Below, one piece after another: positions 1 through 10,580 of a DNA stretch of 64,000 nt. Every line of letters starts with the position of its first letter. The stretch's first letter is position 1. This DNA comes from Reclinomonas americana ATCC 50394. Lineage: Eukaryota. The DNA lies in NCBI GenBank assembly GCA_048213135.1, contig PS015181.1, forward strand, positions 1-64,000, written 5' to 3'. Under the pieces are notes generated by a model. The model searched no databases. It was not told the DNA's origin and worked only from the letters and a program-made list of their open reading frames with translations. The translations under genes were made by a program, and so were the position numbers.

Positions 1-25
1 CCCTCTCCCCTCCCTCACGACGCAC

Positions 26-489
26 CTGGTGGTATCTGCCAATCAACGGTAAGACCAGCGACAATGGTCTTTCATCATCGCGATACTCGTACACCGTGGA
101 GAAAGCATCGGGGCTCACAGAGAACGGACACTCGGGATCGCGCAGGATGGCGATCTGCCGTTGAACGCTAAAGATCTGCAACACCATGTCGGCAAGCAGT
201 CTCCAATCCTGCGCAGATGCATACCCACACGCAACTCGCAGCGGCCCAAACACACCCGGCCATCTCGGCATCGGCTGTCGATCGAGTGCAAGAGCGCCGG
301 CGGGCAGCGGCGGAAACTCTACCGGAGCTGATGAATCAAACTCTGACGGACACACAAGTGAGTGCGAGGCATTGTCGTCGACCACACAGACAGCACCGCC
401 TGCTCACCAACTGGATTCATCACTGACGGTCGAATGGTACGGGGGAGATCCTCCAGCGTCACGTCGAAATCCTCCTCTCCGTCGTGCAG
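26..489 (-). CDS. Internal exons of an unidentified protein (partial)
   Basis: Minus strand: CAG|LHDGEEDFDVTLEDLPRTIRPSVMNPV, a GT-AG intron, then an open exon ending ...DWRLLADMVLQIFSVQRQIAILRDPECPF...LIGRYHQ|GTGCGT. No family recognised. Confidence 0.5.
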
Positions 490-1259
490 CTGCAGAACAC
501 AATGAATCACTCGTGCGCGCGCGCGCGCGAGGGCACACACACATTGACAAGACACACACACCAAANNNNNNNNNNNNNNNNNNNNNNNNNNNNNNNNNNN
601 NNNNNNNNNNNNNNNNNNNNNNNNNNNNNNNNNNNNNNNNNNNNNNNNNNNNNNNNNNNNNNNNNNNNNNNNNNNNNNNNNNNNNNNNNNNNNNNNNNNN
701 NNNNNNNNNNNNNNNNNNNNNNNNNNNNNNNNNNNNNNNNNNNNNNNNNNNNNNNNNNNNNNNNNNNNNNNNNNNNNNNNNNNNNNNNNNNNNNNNNNNN
801 NNNNNNNNNNNNNNNNNNNNNNNNNNNNNNNNNNNNNNNNNNNNNNNNNNNNNNNNNNNNNNNNNNNNNNNNNNNNNNNNNNNNNNNNNNNNNNNNNNNN
901 NNNNNNNNNNNNNNNNNNNNNNNNNNNNNNNNNNNNNNNNNNNNNNNNNNNNNNNNNNNNNNNNNNNNNNNNNNNNNNNNNNNNNNNNNNNNNNNNNNNN
1001 NNNNNNNNNNNNNNNNNNNNNNNNNNNNNNNNNNNNNNNNNNNNNNNNNNNNNNNNNNNNNNNNNNNNNNNNNNNNNNNNNNNNNNNNNNNNNNNNNNNN
1101 NNNNNNNNNNNNNNNNNNNNNNNNNNNNNNNNNNNNNNNNNNNNNNNNNNNNNNNNNNNNNNNNNNNNNNNNNNNNNNNNNNNNNNNNNNNNNNNNNNNN
1201 NNNNNNNNNNNNNNNNNNNNNNNNNNNNNNNNNNNNNNNNNNNNNNNNNNNNNNNNNNN

Positions 1260-1381
<122 letters not shown>

Positions 1382-1614
1382 CTGTGACACACACAGTTGT
1401 GCCTGTCGCGGTTGCAGTCTATATCCTTCCTCCAGTCACCGCTCTGGCCCACCCTCCTTTTTCTCTCACACACAGTTGTGCTGTCAATGTAATCTGAGGG
1501 TTCTTACTTGCAGCCGCAGCTGTGCGTACTCCCTCTCCTCACTCCCTTCTCTCTCTTTCTCTGAAGCTCGAAAGAAAGCGCGTCTAATCCCTTCCTCTTT
1601 ATTTGCCACAACAG

Positions 1615-2909
1615 AACGACTACGACATCTTGCGCATGCAGCGCATCTCCATGCCTGAGGGCACCGACGTGCCCGTCCTCGACAAGGGAGTGTTCATGCC
1701 CGCGCAACATCTCGCGGCACTGCTGCATCGCAATCGTATCGGCGTCGCGAACTTTATTCTTGGTGTGCTTCTGAATCCCCATATCGCCACCACCACCTCC
1801 ACCGCAGCTGACGTGTTGTCGCGACTGTGCAGCTCGAACTGCCGTGGTGGAGCGCACCAGAGAGAACTCCATGTATCACTTCGGCTCGAATGAGTTGACC
1901 GAGGGTATCCGGGTTCAAGTGCGCACTGTGTTGTTGTCGCAGCAGTGCGTGCTCGACGACGACGGCGAGTCGCAGTACTTTCATGCGTTGCGTGAGGCAG
2001 AAAAGAAAAGTGGGGGGGAGGATGGGAGAGAGGAGTGGGATGCATGCTTGACAATTCTTTTTGTCACTCCCTTGCTTATCTTTGTGCGCGCAGATACACG
2101 ATCCGCATCACCAACGAGAGCCACCCGTATACCGTACAACTGGTGCGTTTCTCTCGTGTTGCCTTTCTTTTTCTCCGACATCCACACTGACGTTGACATC
2201 GCAGCTGAACCGACATTGGGACATTGCTAGGCATGTAGACAGTGAGTTGCAGGTAGTCGAGGGCCCCGGTGTCGTTGGTGAGCAGCCGGTGCTGGCAGTT
2301 GCGTTATGCGGTCGGCGTTGGAGATTTTCGCCTCCATATTGGGCCAACTCAGTGTCTGTGTCTCGCAGCCTGGAGCGTCGCACGAGTACACGTCGTATAG
2401 CGGGCACATTAGCGACGCTGGGGTGAGTGTGTGTGCGGTGGGAGATGTCGCGGGTATTGCTGTTGAACTCACTGCCCGCGCAGTTCATGCAAGGCTTTTT
2501 CGAGTTCACTACGTTGGTGCGTGAGTGTATGTCTTTTTCCCTGCTGTGACGCGCAGTTGATCGCTAATTTGACTTCTCCACAGAATGGTGCCTGTCGCGC
2601 AGCTGGCGTGTGTGTGTGCGGGAGAAAGAAATAGAGAAAAAGACAGAAGGAGTCGGATGAGGGGAGAAGAGAGACAACAAGAAACAGATTACAGACATGA
2701 ACAGGAGCGTCAAGCACAGACAAAGTACAAGAGAAGTGTCACAGAAAGATAGCAAAGAGCAGAAAGACACAGAGTGCGTTCGTGTTTAGTGTGTGTGTTT
2801 CTCAATGGTGTTATGTGCAGGTCCACACACTGGCCGGCACTTCAACGCGATCGTCGGCCGCTTTCTGTTGAACGCCCATCTCGAAGTCGGTGACGGTGTG
2901 CAGGGTTGA
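1615..2909 (+). CDS. ApaG (DUF525) domain protein, 5' end missing (POLDIP2/FBXO3/ApaG-like)
   Basis: Spliced translation TEGIRVQVRTVLL...YFHAYTIRITN...VQLLNRHWDI...VEGPGVVGEQPVLAPGASHEYTSY...MQGFFEF...FNAIVGRFLL matches the ApaG motifs. Stop at 2907-2909. Confidence 0.85.
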
Positions 2910-3150
2910 TAATGAGTGAATTGGTTGTTGCAGTTTCGGAAAAAACGTAATGTAAAGACGAATTGTAGACACCGTGCGAGAACACTCGCACACAAAACAC
3001 TTTGCATCGCACGCTCTCGCTTGGTGAGTTCTCTCACATTCCCAGTGCGCGCGTGTCCCATCCACTTACTCACTCACGCACGCAATCAACAGCGGTCTGT
3101 CTCTCTCTCTCTCCCTCTCTCCCCCTTTTTCCCCCAACACACTCGACATA

Positions 3151-3630
3151 ATGGGCGGCGGCGGCGGCGGCGGCGGCTACACTCCCCCACCCCCACCGGT
3201 GGTGCACACTGTGTTGCGTTGTGTGTGTGAGAGAGAAATGAGAAATGAGAGAGAGAGAGAAAGTGAAAGTGCGCGCTCTCCGATATTCCGTGCACTCACA
3301 CTCATTCGACGCACACAGCTCTCCGCATATCACGGTCGCGGGCCAGAACATCCACACGGTGAGTGCGGTGACAAGAGTGCATCCAGAACGCACTCTCACT
3401 CCTATTCCTTCTCCGACTCTCACGCATAATGCACACACGCTTGCACACACTCACTCGCTCTCTCTCTCTCTCTCCCACACACACACACACTCACTCACTC
3501 CACGCACACACACACACAAAGTCTCCACCACTCAGCCTCTCCTCCTCCCTCTCCTTCTCCCTCTCTCCTTCTCCCTCTCTCCTTCTCCCTCTTGCCTTCT
3601 CCCTCTTGCCTTCTCCCTCTTGCCTTCTCC

Positions 3631-3678
<48 letters not shown>

Positions 3679-4312
3679 CTCTCTCGTCTCTCTCTCGTCT
3701 CTCTCTCGTCTACGTCTCTCGTCTCGTCTCNNNNNNNNNNNNNNNNNNNNCGCACACTACTCTCTTCTGCTGTACGGCCTAACGGCGGACCGTACGTCTA
3801 CGCTCCCTCTTGCCTTCTCCCTCTTGCCTTCTCCCTCTTGCCTTCTCCCTCTTGCCTTCTCCCTCTTGCCTTCTCCCTCTTGCCTTCTCCCTCTTGCCTT
3901 CTCCCTCTTGCCTTCTCCCTCTTGCCTTCTCCCTCTTGCCTTCTCCCTCTTGCCTTCTCCCTCTTGCCTTCTCCCTCTTGCCTTCTCCCTCTTGCCTTCT
4001 CCCTCTTGCCTTCTCCCTCTCGCCTTCTCCCTCTCGCCTTCTCCCTCTCGCCTTCTCCCTCTCGCCTTCTCCCTCTCGCCTTCTCCCTCTTGCCTTCTCC
4101 TTCTCCCTCTCGCCTTCTCCCTCTCGCCTTCTCCCTCTTCTCCCTTCTCCCTCTCGCCTTCTCCCTCTCGCCTTCTCCCTCTCGCCTTCTCCCTCTCCCT
4201 CTCCTTCTCCCTCTTGCCTTCTCCCTCACAATCCCTCTGCTGTTCACAGACTGTGCATGAGATGCGCGAGGAAATGCCAGACGGAGAGATTGGAGGCGGC
4301 GCAGACCTCTAA
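3151..4312 (+). CDS. Micropeptide copy 1, 54 aa: MGGGGGGGGYTPPPPPVVHTVSPHITVAGQNIHTTVHEMREEMPDGEIGGGADL
   Basis: Exons 3151-3212, 3319-3358, 4250-4312 with GT-AG introns. Same exon structure as three paralogues; differences after the first base of exon 2 are all synonymous. Confidence 0.88.
3800..4225. repeat. 14-bp polypyrimidine minisatellite (TTCTCCCTCTTGCC / TTCTCCCTCTCGCC) in intron 2 of micropeptide 1
   Basis: Tandem units directly visible; the variant switches near 4020. Confidence 0.93.
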
Positions 4313-4691
4313 CTTGGGAGGTCACTCGAGGCGATCCAGCTCTCTCTCTCACTGGCGAGATTATGTCTTGTAAAACACAATCAATGCTCGTCAACAATTA
4401 AGTGAGACACTGTCCACTGCATTCTGCCAGAGCTCCTCGTCCTCGCCTCCTATGTACACCTTTCTTCTGCAAGCTCCTCGTCCACGTGAAACGTCGCTTG
4501 TTGTCGTCCTGCATCCCTTCCGTTCCGTTCCTTGTGAGCGCACACACTCTCTGTTCCTCAAGTGTGCTGCCTAGGCCCATGCAACGTACTCCTCGTCCAC
4601 GTGAAACGTCGCTTGTTGTCGTCCTGCATCACATCCAATCTACTAGTGTAACAGAATCCCTCCCTCGTTCACCGTCCCCTCTTCTTATGCT

Positions 4692-5658
4692 ATGCACAAA
4701 CCTCTCTTCTGCAAGATCATCCGCGGCCACACCGATTTTGTGCGCTCGGTCGCCATCTCGCCCGACGGCCAGCACATTGCCAGTGGGAGTGGCGACGAGA
4801 CCGTGCGAGTGTGGTCCATGGCGAATGGAGAAGAAGTGCAGCAGCTGGAGGGACACACCGCAGAGGTGTTTTCTGTCGTGTTCACCCCCGACGCTCGCCA
4901 CGTTGTGAGTGGCAGCTGGGACATGACGGTGAGAGTGTGGTCGCTGGCGAGTGGTGCAGAGGTGCGGCGGCTGGAGGGGCACACTGGGGCGGTGCGATCG
5001 GTGGCTGTTTCACCGTGCGGTCGGCTGGTGGTGAGCGGGAGTTATGACAAGACAGTGCGAGTGTGGTCATGGGCAAGTGGAGAAGACGAACAAGTGCGGC
5101 GCTTGGAGGGGCACACGGGAGTGGTGTTTTGCGTCGCCNNNNNNNNNNNNNNNNNNNNNNNNNNNNNNNNNNNNNNNNNNNNNNNNNNNNNNNNNNNNNN
5201 NNNNNNNNNNNNNNNNNNNNNNNNNNNNNNNNNNNNNNNNNNNNNNNNNNNNNNNNNNNNNNNNNNNNNNNNNNNNNNNNNNNNNNNNNNNNNNNNNNNN
5301 NNNNNNNNNNNNNNNNNNNNNNNNTTTGGAGAGCGGAGAGGAGGTGCGACGGCTGGAGCGGCACACCTCGTGGGTGCTTTCAGTCGCCGTCTCTCGCTGC
5401 GGTCAGCACGTCGTGAGTGGAAGCTACGACAAGACTGTGCGAGTGTGGTCTTCGCCACGTGGCGTCGCTCAACTCGAGCTTGACGTGTCTCGGTTGGCCA
5501 TGCGCGCGGTTCAAGAGATGCAGCGTGAGGCCTTGGAGGAGGAGGCGGAAGAACCGGATTCACGGTGCCTGCCAGAGATGGTTCTCCGCTGTTTTATCGT
5601 CGAGGAGGCAGCTGTCGTTCTTCATCGATGTCACAGTAATCCTCGGTTGTGCATCTGA
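4692..5658 (+). CDS. WD40 + conserved-tail protein, copy A (gap 5139-5324)
   Basis: GH...WS repeats on both sides of the gap; ends LELDVSRLAMRAVQEMQRE...PDSRCLPEMVLRCFIVEEAAVVLHRCHSNPRLCI. Confidence 0.88.
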
Positions 5659-6711
5659 GGTGCGGATGCTTCTGAAGAGAGAAAAAGAGGGAAGTGGTCC
5701 AAGTAAACCCGTCAAAAATGAAAGTGGAATCGATATGGATAATGAATGGCCTTTCGTTGCCAGTGTGGTGGCAGTAGGAGCAGCTGATACGCACGGGGAG
5801 CCACTACACGTCCACAACAACAGATGGAGACTTTGCACTGTGGTCCCACGTCCCCTCAACACACNNNNNNNNNNNNNNNNNNNNNNNNNNNNNNNNNNNN
5901 NNNNNNNNNNNNNNNNNNNNNNNNNNNNNNNNNNNNNNNNNNNNNNNNNNNNNNNNNNNNNNNNNNNNNNNNNNNNNNNNNNNNNNNNNNNNNNNNNNNN
6001 NNNNNNNNNNNNNNNNNNNNNNNNNNNNNNNNNNNNNNNNNNNNNNNNNNNNNNNNNNNNNNNNNNNNNNNNNNNNNNNNNNNNNNNNNNNNNNNNNNNN
6101 NNNNNNNNNNNNNNNNNNNNNNNNNNNNNNNNNNNNNNNNNNNNNNNNNNNNNNNNNNNNNNNNNNNNNNNNNNNNNNNNNNNNNNNNNNNNNNNNNNNN
6201 NNNNNNNNNNNNNNNNNNNNNNNNNNNNNNNNNNNNNNNNNNNNNNNNNNNNNNNNNNNNNNNNNNNNNNNNNNNNNNNNNNNNNNNNNNNNNNNNNNNN
6301 NNNNNNNNNNNNNNNNNNNNNNNNNNNNNNNNNNNNNNNNNNNNNNNNNNNNNNNNNNNNNNNNNNNNNNNNNNNNNNNNNNNNNNNNNNNNNNNNNNNN
6401 NNNNNNNNNNNNNNNNNNNNNNNNNNNNNNNNNNNNNNNNNNNNNNNNNNNNNNNNNNNNNNNNNNNNNNNNNNNNNNNNNNNNNNNNNNNNNNNNNNNN
6501 NNNNNNNNNNNNNNNNNNNNNNNNNNNNNNNNNNNNNNNNNNNNNNNNNNNNNNNNNNNNNNNNNNNNNNNNNNNNNNNNNNNNNNNNNNNNNNNNNNNN
6601 NNNNNNNNNNNNNNNNNNNNNNNNNNNNNNNNNNNNNNNNNNNNNNNNNNNNNNNNNNNNNNNNNNNNNNNNNNNNNNNNNNNNNNNNNNNNNNNNNNNN
6701 NNNNNNNNNNN

Positions 6712-7514
6712 AGGGACACACAGATGAGGTGTGGTCTGTCGCCGTTTCTCCCGACGGTCGGTACGTTGTGAGTGGGGGTAGGGACAGCACAGTGCGAATC
6801 TGGCAGTTGGCGAGTGGCGATGAGGTGAGACGATTGGAGGGACACCAAAGTGTGGTGTTTGCTGTCACCGTCACTCCCGACGGCGAACGCATTGTCACTG
6901 GCAGTGAGGATAGGACTGCGCGGGTGTGGTCGTGGGCGAGTGGCGAGGAAGTGTTACGATTCGAGGAGCACACTGAGCGGGTGCGATCAGTCGCTGTCAC
7001 TCCCGACGGTCAGCACGCAGTGAGTGGATGCGAAGACGGCATTGTGGGTATTTGGTCTCTGGCGAGTGGCGAGGAGATGCGAATGTTGGATCACAGTCGT
7101 TTGGTGTATTCTGTTGCCGTTACTCCCGATGGCCAGCACGTCGTGAGTGGGTGCTGTGACAAGACTGTGCGTGTGTGGTCCTTGGTGAGTGAAGAGCAGG
7201 AAGCACGGCAACTGAGAGGTCACACAAAAGAAGTGACTTGTGTTGCCGTCTCTCGCTGCGGCCAGCACATTGTTAGCGGCAGCTGGGACGATACTGTGCG
7301 AGTGTGGTCCTCGCCATGTGGCCTCGCTCGGCTGGAGCTCGCTGTGGCTCGGTTGGCCATGCGCGCGGTTCAAGAGATGCAGCGTGAGGCGAAGATGGAG
7401 GAGGAAGAACCGGATTCTCGGTGCCTGCCGGAGATGGTTCTTCGTTGTTTCATTGTCGAGGAGGCAGCTGTCGTTCTTCATCGGTGTCGCAGTGATCCTC
7501 GGATGTGCATGTGA
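6712..7514 (+). CDS. WD40 + conserved-tail protein, copy B (5' end in gap)
   Basis: Five visible WD40 repeats and the same C-terminal tail; no introns in the visible part. Confidence 0.9.
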
Positions 7515-7789
7515 GCTTCAGAAGAGAGGAAGGAAGGCTCCATGCGAGCCCGTCAAGAATGAAAGTGGTATCGACATTGACAATGCACGGCCGTGCGACG
7601 CACATGCTGTGGTGGTAATAGGAGCAGCTGATACACATGGGAAGTCAATCAGGCATCGCAGTCAGACGTTTGTGGTCCCACGTCCTTTTCATCCACAAAC
7701 CCACTCTCCGTCTCGCACCTCTCTCTTGTGTGTGTTTTCATCCTCCTTGATCTCTCCCTTCTCCCTGCATCTCCCTTCCTACTTCCTTC

Positions 7790-8887
7790 ATGTCATCAAA
7801 GTCTCTCTCCTGCAAGATCCTCCACGGACACACTCACTATGTTTGGTCCGTCGTCGTCACTCCCGATGGCATGCACGTGGTCAGTGGCAGCAGCGACAAG
7901 ACCGTGCGAGTGTGGAACATGGCGAGTGGCGAAGAGGTGCGACGGTTGGAGGGACACTCATATCATGTGCTGTGTGTAGCCGTCACTCCAGATGGCCAGG
8001 AAATAGTTAGTGGGAGCGAGGATCGCACAATTCGCCTGTGGTCACTCGCGAGTGGGAGGGAACTGCGGCGGTTGGAGGGTCACACTGGCTCGGTGTGGTC
8101 GGTCGCCTTGTCTCCTGATGGTCAGTTCGTTGTGAGTGGGAGCAGCGACAGGACTGTTCGCTTGTGGTCATTGGCGAGTGGATCGCGAGTGCGGCGGTTG
8201 AAAGGGCACAGTGGAAGTGTAATGTCCGTCGCCGTCGCTCCCGATGGTCAATACGTTGTGAGTGCGGGCGATGACATGACTGTTCGAGTGTGGCCCATGG
8301 CGAGTGGCGAACAAGTGCGACGGCTGGAGGGACACATTAGTCTGGTATGGTCTGTGGCCGTCGCGCCCGACAGTCGACGCGTTGTGAGTGGGAGCTGGGA
8401 CAGGACTGTTCATGTGTGGTCGCTGGAGAGCGGAGAAGGAACAACACGGCGACTGGTGGGGCACACTGATTTCGTGTGGTCTGTCGCCGTCACTCCCGAC
8501 GGTCAGCACGTTATTAGTGGGAGTCAGGACAAGACCGCTCGTGTTTGGTCTCTGGCACGCGGAGAGGAGGTGCAACGGTTAGAAGGACACGACCAGGCAG
8601 TGTCGTGTGTCGCCGTCTCTCCAAGCGGCCAGCACATTGTCACAGGCGGCTGGGATAAGACTGTGCGAGTGTGGTCCACACCGTGTGGCCTCGCTCGGCA
8701 GGAGCTTGATGTGGCTCGGTTGGCCATGTGCGCAGTTCAGGAGATCCAGCGCGAAACGATGGAGGAGGAAGAAGAACCGGCCGCGGATTCACGGTGCCTG
8801 CCTGAGATGGTTCTCCGCTGTTTCATTTTAGAGGAGGCAGCTGTCGTGCTACATCGATGTCGCTGTGACCCCCGGTTATGCATGTGA
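7790..8887 (+). CDS. Intronless 7xWD40 + conserved-tail protein, copy C (365 aa)
   Basis: Seven complete ~42-aa WD40 repeats plus the tail in one uninterrupted ORF. Confidence 0.95.
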   Translation: MSSKSLSCKILHGHTHYVWSVVVTPDGMHVVSGSSDKTVRVWNMASGEEVRRLEGHSYHVLCVAVTPDGQEIVSGSEDRTIRLWSLASGRELRRLEGHTGSVWSVALSPDGQFVVSGSSDRTVRLWSLASGSRVRRLKGHSGSVMSVAVAPDGQYVVSAGDDMTVRVWPMASGEQVRRLEGHISLVWSVAVAPDSRRVVSGSWDRTVHVWSLESGEGTTRRLVGHTDFVWSVAVTPDGQHVISGSQDKTARVWSLARGEEVQRLEGHDQAVSCVAVSPSGQHIVTGGWDKTVRVWSTPCGLARQELDVARLAMCAVQEIQRETMEEEEEPAADSRCLPEMVLRCFILEEAAVVLHRCRCDPRLCM

Positions 8888-9203
8888 GGTGCAGAGTGCT
8901 TTGTAGAGTGAGGGAAAATCCAAGTGAACCCGTACGCGTCAAGAATGAAAGCGGGATCGACATTGACAATGCACGGCCTTGCACAGCACATGCTGTGTTG
9001 GCTATCATGCAAAGGGGCAGCTGATACACATGGGTAGTCAACCAGCCTCGCGTTTCTCTCAACAATAGGAGACGTCGCTTGTGGTCCCTCGTCCTTTTCA
9101 TCCACAAACACGCGAGCGCAAACATCTCTCTCTCACACGTCTCTCTTTGTGTGTGTGTTTCCATTCCACTCTGCTCCCACCCTCCTCTCCTCCCACTCCC
9201 CTC

Positions 9204-10295
9204 ATGTCATCTCCGCCTTTCTCCTGCCAGATTATTCGTCTGCACAGTGATTTGGTGCGTGCTGTTGCCTTCACTCCCGATGGCATGCACGTAGTCATTG
9301 GCAGCAACGACAAGACAGTGCGAGTGTGGAACATGGCGAGTGGCGAAGAGGTGCGACGGTTGAAGGGACACTCATCTCCTGTGCTTTGTGTGGCCGTCAC
9401 TCCAGATGGCCAGCACGTTGTGAGTGGGAGCGAGGATCGCACAATTCGCCTATGGTCACTGGCGAGTGGGAGAGAACTGCGGCGGTTAGAGGGTCACACT
9501 GGCTCGGTGTGGTCTGTCGCCGTTTCTCCCAACGGACTGCACATTGTAAGTGGCTGCTATGACAGCACAGTGCGAATTTGGCTGTTGGCGAGTGGCGAGG
9601 AAGTGAGACGGTTGGAGGGGCACAGGAGTGCGGTGCATGCTGTCGCCGTCACTCCTGATAGTCAGCACGTTGTGAGTGGGAGTAATGACTGCACAGTGAG
9701 AGTGTGGTCCATGGCGAGTGGCGAAGAAGTGAGACGGTTGGAAGGACACAATAGCTTAGTGTGGTCTGTAGCCGTCACTCCCGACAGTCGACACGTTGTG
9801 AGTGGGGGCTGGGACAACACAGTGCGAGTGTGGTCCTTGGGGAGCGGAGAAAAATTGTGGCGACTGGTGGGGCACACTGATCTCGTGTGGTCTGTCGCCG
9901 TCACTCCCGACGGTCAGCACATCGTGAGCGGCAGTGCTGACAAGACCGCACGTCTTTGGTCTCTGGCACGCGGAGAGGAGGTGCAACGGTTAGAAGGACA
10001 CGACAAGGCAGTGTCGCGTGTCGCCGTCTCTCCATGCGGCCAGCACATTGTCACTGGCGGCTGGGACAAGACTGTGCGAGTGTGGTCCTCGCCATGTGGC
10101 CTCGCTCGGCAGGAGCTTGACGTGGCTCGTCTGGCCATGCGCACAGTTCAGGAGATGCAGCGTGAGGCGACGACGGAGGAGGAAGAAGAACCGGATTCAC
10201 GGTGCCTGCCAGAGATGGTTCTCCGGTGCTTTATCGTCGAGGAGGCAGCTGTCGTTCTTCATCGGTGTCGCAGTGATCCTTGGATGTGGATGTGA
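9204..10295 (+). CDS. Intronless 7xWD40 + conserved-tail protein, copy D (363 aa)
   Basis: Start MSSPPFSCQII aligns with the paralogue starts; seven repeats plus tail. Confidence 0.93.
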   Translation: MSSPPFSCQIIRLHSDLVRAVAFTPDGMHVVIGSNDKTVRVWNMASGEEVRRLKGHSSPVLCVAVTPDGQHVVSGSEDRTIRLWSLASGRELRRLEGHTGSVWSVAVSPNGLHIVSGCYDSTVRIWLLASGEEVRRLEGHRSAVHAVAVTPDSQHVVSGSNDCTVRVWSMASGEEVRRLEGHNSLVWSVAVTPDSRHVVSGGWDNTVRVWSLGSGEKLWRLVGHTDLVWSVAVTPDGQHIVSGSADKTARLWSLARGEEVQRLEGHDKAVSRVAVSPCGQHIVTGGWDKTVRVWSSPCGLARQELDVARLAMRTVQEMQREATTEEEEEPDSRCLPEMVLRCFIVEEAAVVLHRCRSDPWMWM

Positions 10296-10580
10296 GTTGC
10301 AGTGTCTGGATGCTTCAGAAGAGAGAAAAAGAGGGAAGTGGTCCAAGTAAACCTCAATTCAGTTGCGATCGAAGTTGACAATGCACGACGTTGTGACGCC
10401 AGTGCGGTGGTAATGGGAGCAGCTACTAAACATGGGAAGTCAACCAGCCATCGCAGATAGACGTTGCTTCGCAGTCCCAGGTCCTTCCAAACCGTCGCAC
10501 CTCTCTCTTGGTCCTCTCTTGTGTGTTTTCATCCTCCCTGATCTCTCCCTTCTCCCTGCATCTCCCTTCCTACTTCCTTC

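Noticed and set aside
3592-4397. Repetitive ORFs (PSPSCLLPLAFSLL / EGEGKREKARGRR)
   Set aside because: Translations of an intronic 14-bp minisatellite.
5594-7638. Similar short minus-strand ORFs in the WD40 spacers (MRISCSYCHH..., MCISCSYYHH...)
   Set aside because: Frame is not preserved in the third and fourth spacers; the similarity is explained by unit duplication.
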